The position numbers and the translations under genes are program-made. This document shows positions 57,721 to 64,000 of a stretch of 64,000 bases of DNA, piece after piece. Within the stretch, counting starts at the first letter, position 1. Each line of letters begins with the position of its first letter. This DNA is from Eledone cirrhosa (lineage: Eukaryota), in the NCBI GenBank assembly GCA_964016885.1, contig OZ024755.1, positions 30,256,001 through 30,320,000 of the forward strand, in the 5' to 3' direction. The notes under the pieces are model-generated. The model saw only the letters and a program-made list of their open reading frames with translations. It did not search any database and was not told where the DNA came from.

Positions 57721-57765
57721 AGTCATAGTCCTTTCGTCACACACTCTGCGACCTCTTCAGTGACT
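57721..57765 (-). ncRNA. Minimal hammerhead motif
   Basis: Minus: AGTCA-CTGAAGA-G GTCGCA GAGTG TGTGAC-GAAAG GA CTA^TGACT; same layout as 50700-50743. Confidence 0.7.
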
Positions 57766-57868
57766 GGGGATTCCTTTCTTTGTTTCTGTGCCTTTCCTTT
57801 CTTCTATCCTAATATATATATATATATGTATGTATATACATCACTAGCGTAGATATCATTTGACAATA

Positions 57869-57909
<41 letters not shown>

Positions 57910-58451
57910 ATATATACATCACTAGTGTAGATATCATTGGACAATCTCTCTCCCTCTCTCTCTCTCTCTTTATATATACATCACTAGCGTAGATATCATT
58001 TGGTACTATCTCCCTCTCCTTCTCTCTGACCACACACACGTGTGTGTGTGTGGGTGTACGTGTGTGTGTGTGCGTGTGTGTGTGTGTGTGCGTGCGTGTG
58101 TATGCGTCCATTACAGGTATGCATGTATAATTTCTAGAATGTTGACTATATTACTCGTCATAAAAAAAATTACAAACGTTTGATTCAATGTAGAGAAAGG
58201 ATTTCTTCTATAACAGCCAGTGTGTTGTGTGTATATATATGTTTACAATCTCGCTAGTTCCCCTTATTTACGTGTCCCAACGACTTTCTTTAGCCGTTGC
58301 TCGCACCAACCGGAGGGGTATGGTCTTTAAAGCGATGAAATACCGATGAAGGTTGGAAGATCACTGATGAAGGACTAAATTTATTCATATATATATATAT
58401 GATATATATGATATATATATATATAAACATAGACATATTGTTTGGAAATGA

Positions 58452-58495
<44 letters not shown>

Positions 58496-58502
<7 letters not shown>

Positions 58503-58700
58503 TGCCCTCTCGTTGTCGAGTATGGCCATTCCACGATAAAATATTATTAATAATTATTAATTAATTCAATCGTGCAATGCCTGTGGGTGAAGATATTTTT
58601 TAAAGTGAGGAAAGACTGTGCACTGAGCCAATCCCACTCTCTGAGCGACAGTAGCTATAACCTGGAAAGAAGAAAAGATCAACATCATAGGTAACTACTG
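58496..58700 (-). mobile_element. Diverged relative of the 25017 retroposon
   Basis: Shares CCCACTCTC, TGTGCA, GCAATGCCTGTG and the GGCAGCCATC end. Confidence 0.5.
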
Positions 58701-58708
58701 ATATATAT

Positions 58709-58749
<41 letters not shown>

Positions 58750-58944
58750 GTTAAAGATGTACATCCATATATGTATACTGAAATACTAGTATGTATATGA
58801 ATACACACACGTATACATATGTAGATGTACCAAGTTTTTTCACTGGTCACTTTACTGTGAGTGGCCAGCTATTCTGTATGTAAACACACAGACAAACCGG
58901 TTTTTAGAGTCATACTGGTTTTTGAGGAAACACCTTTCCTCTAT

Positions 58945-59036
58945 TCTCCAGAAAGCCAGACAAGGAATATTGAACTAGTTTCGTTGTTGTTACAACTCAT
59001 CAGCAATATTTACCTATCTTCCGGCCTCTCTAGAGA
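58945..59036 (-). ncRNA. Hammerhead ribozyme in the minus arm of array B (7 copies; TCATCAG at 58997, 59464, 59931, 60398, 60865, 61332, 61799)
   Basis: Reverse complement of 62401-62492. Confidence 0.92.
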
Positions 59037-62000
59037 ATCGTAAAAGCACATATCGTTATATGCTTTTTCTATGAAAATTAGTAGTGGGCAGACTAATTTG
59101 CATAGAGTGTGAGTAAGTACCGGTTCAACGGAGACGATAAAAACAAATAACGAAACGAAATTAAATTTCGTTTCGTTTGTAACTCACTTTTGTATGACTG
59201 ACGCTTAAACAATTAAGTTAAAGATGTACATCCATATATGTATACTGAAATACTAGTATGTATATGAATACACACACGTATACATATGTAGATGTACCAA
59301 GTTTTTTCACTGGTCACTTTACTGTGAGTGGCCAGCTATTCTGTATGTAAACACACAGACAAACCGGTTTTTAGAGTCATACTGGTTTTTGAGGAAACAC
59401 CTTTCCTCTATTCTCCAGAAAGCCAGACAAGGAATATTGAACTAGTTTCGTTGTTGTTACAACTCATCAGCAATATTTACCTATCTTCCGGCCTCTCTAG
59501 AGAATCGTAAAAGCACATATCGTTATATGCTTTTTCTATGAAAATTAGTAGTGGGCAGACTAATTTGCATAGAGTGTGAGTAAGTACCGGTTCAACGGAG
59601 ACGATAAAAACAAATAACGAAACGAAATTAAATTTCGTTTCGTTTGTAACTCACTTTTGTATGACTGACGCTTAAACAATTAAGTTAAAGATGTACATCC
59701 ATATATGTATACTGAAATACTAGTATGTATATGAATACACACACGTATACATATGTAGATGTACCAAGTTTTTTCACTGGTCACTTTACTGTGAGTGGCC
59801 AGCTATTCTGTATGTAAACACACAGACAAACCGGTTTTTAGAGTCATACTGGTTTTTGAGGAAACACCTTTCCTCTATTCTCCAGAAAGCCAGACAAGGA
59901 ATATTGAACTAGTTTCGTTGTTGTTACAACTCATCAGCAATATTTACCTATCTTCCGGCCTCTCTAGAGAATCGTAAAAGCACATATCGTTATATGCTTT
60001 TTCTATGAAAATTAGTAGTGGGCAGACTAATTTGCATAGAGTGTGAGTAAGTACCGGTTCAACGGAGACGATAAAAACAAATAACGAAACGAAATTAAAT
60101 TTCGTTTCGTTTGTAACTCACTTTTGTATGACTGACGCTTAAACAATTAAGTTAAAGATGTACATCCATATATGTATACTGAAATACTAGTATGTATATG
60201 AATACACACACGTATACATATGTAGATGTACCAAGTTTTTTCACTGGTCACTTTACTGTGAGTGGCCAGCTATTCTGTATGTAAACACACAGACAAACCG
60301 GTTTTTAGAGTCATACTGGTTTTTGAGGAAACACCTTTCCTCTATTCTCCAGAAAGCCAGACAAGGAATATTGAACTAGTTTCGTTGTTGTTACAACTCA
60401 TCAGCAATATTTACCTATCTTCCGGCCTCTCTAGAGAATCGTAAAAGCACATATCGTTATATGCTTTTTCTATGAAAATTAGTAGTGGGCAGACTAATTT
60501 GCATAGAGTGTGAGTAAGTACCGGTTCAACGGAGACGATAAAAACAAATAACGAAACGAAATTAAATTTCGTTTCGTTTGTAACTCACTTTTGTATGACT
60601 GACGCTTAAACAATTAAGTTAAAGATGTACATCCATATATGTATACTGAAATACTAGTATGTATATGAATACACACACGTATACATATGTAGATGTACCA
60701 AGTTTTTTCACTGGTCACTTTACTGTGAGTGGCCAGCTATTCTGTATGTAAACACACAGACAAACCGGTTTTTAGAGTCATACTGGTTTTTGAGGAAACA
60801 CCTTTCCTCTATTCTCCAGAAAGCCAGACAAGGAATATTGAACTAGTTTCGTTGTTGTTACAACTCATCAGCAATATTTACCTATCTTCCGGCCTCTCTA
60901 GAGAATCGTAAAAGCACATATCGTTATATGCTTTTTCTATGAAAATTAGTAGTGGGCAGACTAATTTGCATAGAGTGTGAGTAAGTACCGGTTCAACGGA
61001 GACGATAAAAACAAATAACGAAACGAAATTAAATTTCGTTTCGTTTGTAACTCACTTTTGTATGACTGACGCTTAAACAATTAAGTTAAAGATGTACATC
61101 CATATATGTATACTGAAATACTAGTATGTATATGAATACACACACGTATACATATGTAGATGTACCAAGTTTTTTCACTGGTCACTTTACTGTGAGTGGC
61201 CAGCTATTCTGTATGTAAACACACAGACAAACCGGTTTTTAGAGTCATACTGGTTTTTGAGGAAACACCTTTCCTCTATTCTCCAGAAAGCCAGACAAGG
61301 AATATTGAACTAGTTTCGTTGTTGTTACAACTCATCAGCAATATTTACCTATCTTCCGGCCTCTCTAGAGAATCGTAAAAGCACATATCGTTATATGCTT
61401 TTTCTATGAAAATTAGTAGTGGGCAGACTAATTTGCATAGAGTGTGAGTAAGTACCGGTTCAACGGAGACGATAAAAACAAATAACGAAACGAAATTAAA
61501 TTTCGTTTCGTTTGTAACTCACTTTTGTATGACTGACGCTTAAACAATTAAGTTAAAGATGTACATCCATATATGTATACTGAAATACTAGTATGTATAT
61601 GAATACACACACGTATACATATGTAGATGTACCAAGTTTTTTCACTGGTCACTTTACTGTGAGTGGCCAGCTATTCTGTATGTAAACACACAGACAAACC
61701 GGTTTTTAGAGTCATACTGGTTTTTGAGGAAACACCTTTCCTCTATTCTCCAGAAAGCCAGACAAGGAATATTGAACTAGTTTCGTTGTTGTTACAACTC
61801 ATCAGCAATATTTACCTATCTTCCGGCCTCTCTAGAGGATCGTAAAAGCACATATCGTTATATGCTTTTTCTATGAAAATTAGTAGTGGGCAGACTAATT
61901 TGCATAGAGTGTGAGTAAGTACCGGTTCAACGGAGACGATAAAAACAAATAACGAAACGAAATTAAATTTCGTTTCGTTTGTAACTCACTTTTGTATGAC

Positions 62001-62400
62001 TGACGCTTGTCTGGCTTTCTGGAGAATAGAGGAAAGGTGTTTCCTCAAAAACCAGTATGACTCTAAAAACCGGTTTGTCTGTGTGTTTACATACAGAATA
62101 GCTGGCCACTCACAGTAAAGTGACCAGTGAAAAAACTTGGTACATCTACATATGTATACGTGTGTGTATTCATATACATACTAGTATTTCAGTATACATA
62201 TATGGATGTACATCTTTAACTTAATTGTTTAAGCGTCAGTCATACAAAAGTGAGTTACAAACGAAACGAAATTTAATTTCGTTTCGTTATTTGTTTTTAT
62301 CGTCTCCGTTGAACCGGTACTTACTCACACTCTATGCAAATTAGTCTGCCCACTACTAATTTTCATAGAAAAAGCATATAACGATATGTGCTTTTACGAT

Positions 62401-62492
62401 TCTCTAGAGAGGCCGGAAGATAGGTAAATATTGCTGATGAGTTGTAACAACAACGAAACTAGTTCAATATTCCTTGTCTGGCTTTCTGGAGA
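62401..62492 (+). ncRNA. Type I hammerhead ribozyme of array B (plus-strand cores at 62434, 62901, 63368, 63835)
   Basis: AATATTG-CTGATGA-GTTGT AACA ACAAC-GAAA-C TA-GTT^CAATATT; stem I extends AGG/CCT past a TA bulge and TCTCTAGAGAGGCCGGA/TCTGGCTTTCTGGAGA; predicted cut after 62464. Confidence 0.92.
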
Positions 62493-64000
62493 ATAGAGGA
62501 AAGGTGTTTCCTCAAAAACCAGTATGACTCTAAAAACCGGTTTGTCTGTGTGTTTACATACAGAATAGCTGGCCACTCACAGTAAAGTGACCAGTGAAAA
62601 AACTTGGTACATCTACATATGTATACGTGTGTGTATTCATATACATACTAGTATTTCAGTATACATATATGGATGTACATCTTTAACTTAATTGTTTAAG
62701 CGTCAGTCATACAAAAGTGAGTTACAAACGAAACGAAATTTAATTTCGTTTCGTTATTTGTTTTTATCGTCTCCGTTGAACCGGTACTTACTCACACTCT
62801 ATGCAAATTAGTCTGCCCACTACTAATTTTCATAGAAAAAGCATATAACGATATGTGCTTTTACGATTCTCTAGAGAGGCCGGAAGATAGGTAAATATTG
62901 CTGATGAGTTGTAACAACAACGAAACTAGTTCAATATTCCTTGTCTGGCTTTCTGGAGAATAGAGGAAAGGTGTTTCCTCAAAAACCAGTATGACTCTAA
63001 AAACCGGTTTGTCTGTGTGTTTACATACAGAATAGCTGGCCACTCACAGTAAAGTGACCAGTGAAAAAACTTGGTACATCTACATATGTATACGTGTGTG
63101 TATTCATATACATACTAGTATTTCAGTATACATATATGGATGTACATCTTTAACTTAATTGTTTAAGCGTCAGTCATACAAAAGTGAGTTACAAACGAAA
63201 CGAAATTTAATTTCGTTTCGTTATTTGTTTTTATCGTCTCCGTTGAACCGGTACTTACTCACACTCTATGCAAATTAGTCTGCCCACTACTAATTTTCAT
63301 AGAAAAAGCATATAACGATATGTGCTTTTACGATTCTCTAGAGAGGCCGGAAGATAGGTAAATATTGCTGATGAGTTGTAACAACAACGAAACTAGTTCA
63401 ATATTCCTTGTCTGGCTTTCTGGAGAATAGAGGAAAGGTGTTTCCTCAAAAACCAGTATGACTCTAAAAACCGGTTTGTCTGTGTGTTTACATACAGAAT
63501 AGCTGGCCACTCACAGTAAAGTGACCAGTGAAAAAACTTGGTACATCTACATATGTATACGTGTGTGTATTCATATACATACTAGTATTTCAGTATACAT
63601 ATATGGATGTACATCTTTAACTTAATTGTTTAAGCGTCAGTCATACAAAAGTGAGTTACAAACGAAACGAAATTTAATTTCGTTTCGTTATTTGTTTTTA
63701 TCGTCTCCGTTGAACCGGTACTTACTCACACTCTATGCAAATTAGTCTGCCCACTACTAATTTTCATAGAAAAAGCATATAACGATATGTGCTTTTACGA
63801 TTCTCTAGAGAGGCCGGAAGATAGGTAAATATTGCTGATGAGTTGTAACAACAACGAAACTAGTTCAATATTCCTTGTCTGGCTTTCTGGAGAATAGAGG
63901 AAAGGTGTTTCCTCAAAAACCAGTATGACTCTAAAAACCGGTTTGTCTGTGTGTTTACATACAGAATAGCTGGCCACTCACAGTAAAGTGACCAGTGAAA

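Larger units (their letters stand above)
58744..64000. repeat. Tandem array B, 467-bp unit, 7 copies on minus (58744-62008) then more than 4 copies on plus (62006 to beyond window); putative non-LTR retrozyme array
   Basis: Exact 467-bp periodicity; starts at a (TA)n tract; inversion junction with CTT microhomology at 62006-62008; one hammerhead per unit. Confidence 0.95.

Noticed and set aside
62006-62480. Opposite-polarity ribozyme as in ambisense viroid-like RNAs
   Set aside because: No CUGANGA core on the antisense strand of either unit; other ribozyme classes cannot be excluded by eye

Overview
AT-rich, microsatellite-saturated animal DNA; the repeat content resembles a cephalopod/octopus genome (inference). 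No host protein-coding gene is recognisable, and almost all listed ORFs are microsatellite artefacts. The window holds many copies of a tRNA-derived SINE, 3' fragments of RTE, CRE, R4/Dong-like and L1/Tx1 LINEs, a Penelope-like element (PLE) with a GIY-YIG endonuclease, MITEs and non-autonomous Helitrons. The main signal is hammerhead ribozymes (HHR), all folded by eye and untested. Two near-perfect tandem arrays (466-bp unit at 26.4-30.9 kb; 467-bp unit from 58.7 kb to the window end) carry one extended type-I HHR per unit. The two units have diverged in sequence but keep the same predicted structure through compensatory changes. Each array has one internal inversion, and one arm starts 8-13 nt downstream of the predicted cleavage site. 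These look like non-LTR retrozymes (templates for circular RNAs) inserted into (TA)n. About 15 further dispersed HHR-like motifs, with canonical or variant cores and some with very long stem II, sit in short, often inverted-duplicated elements within (TA)n tracts.
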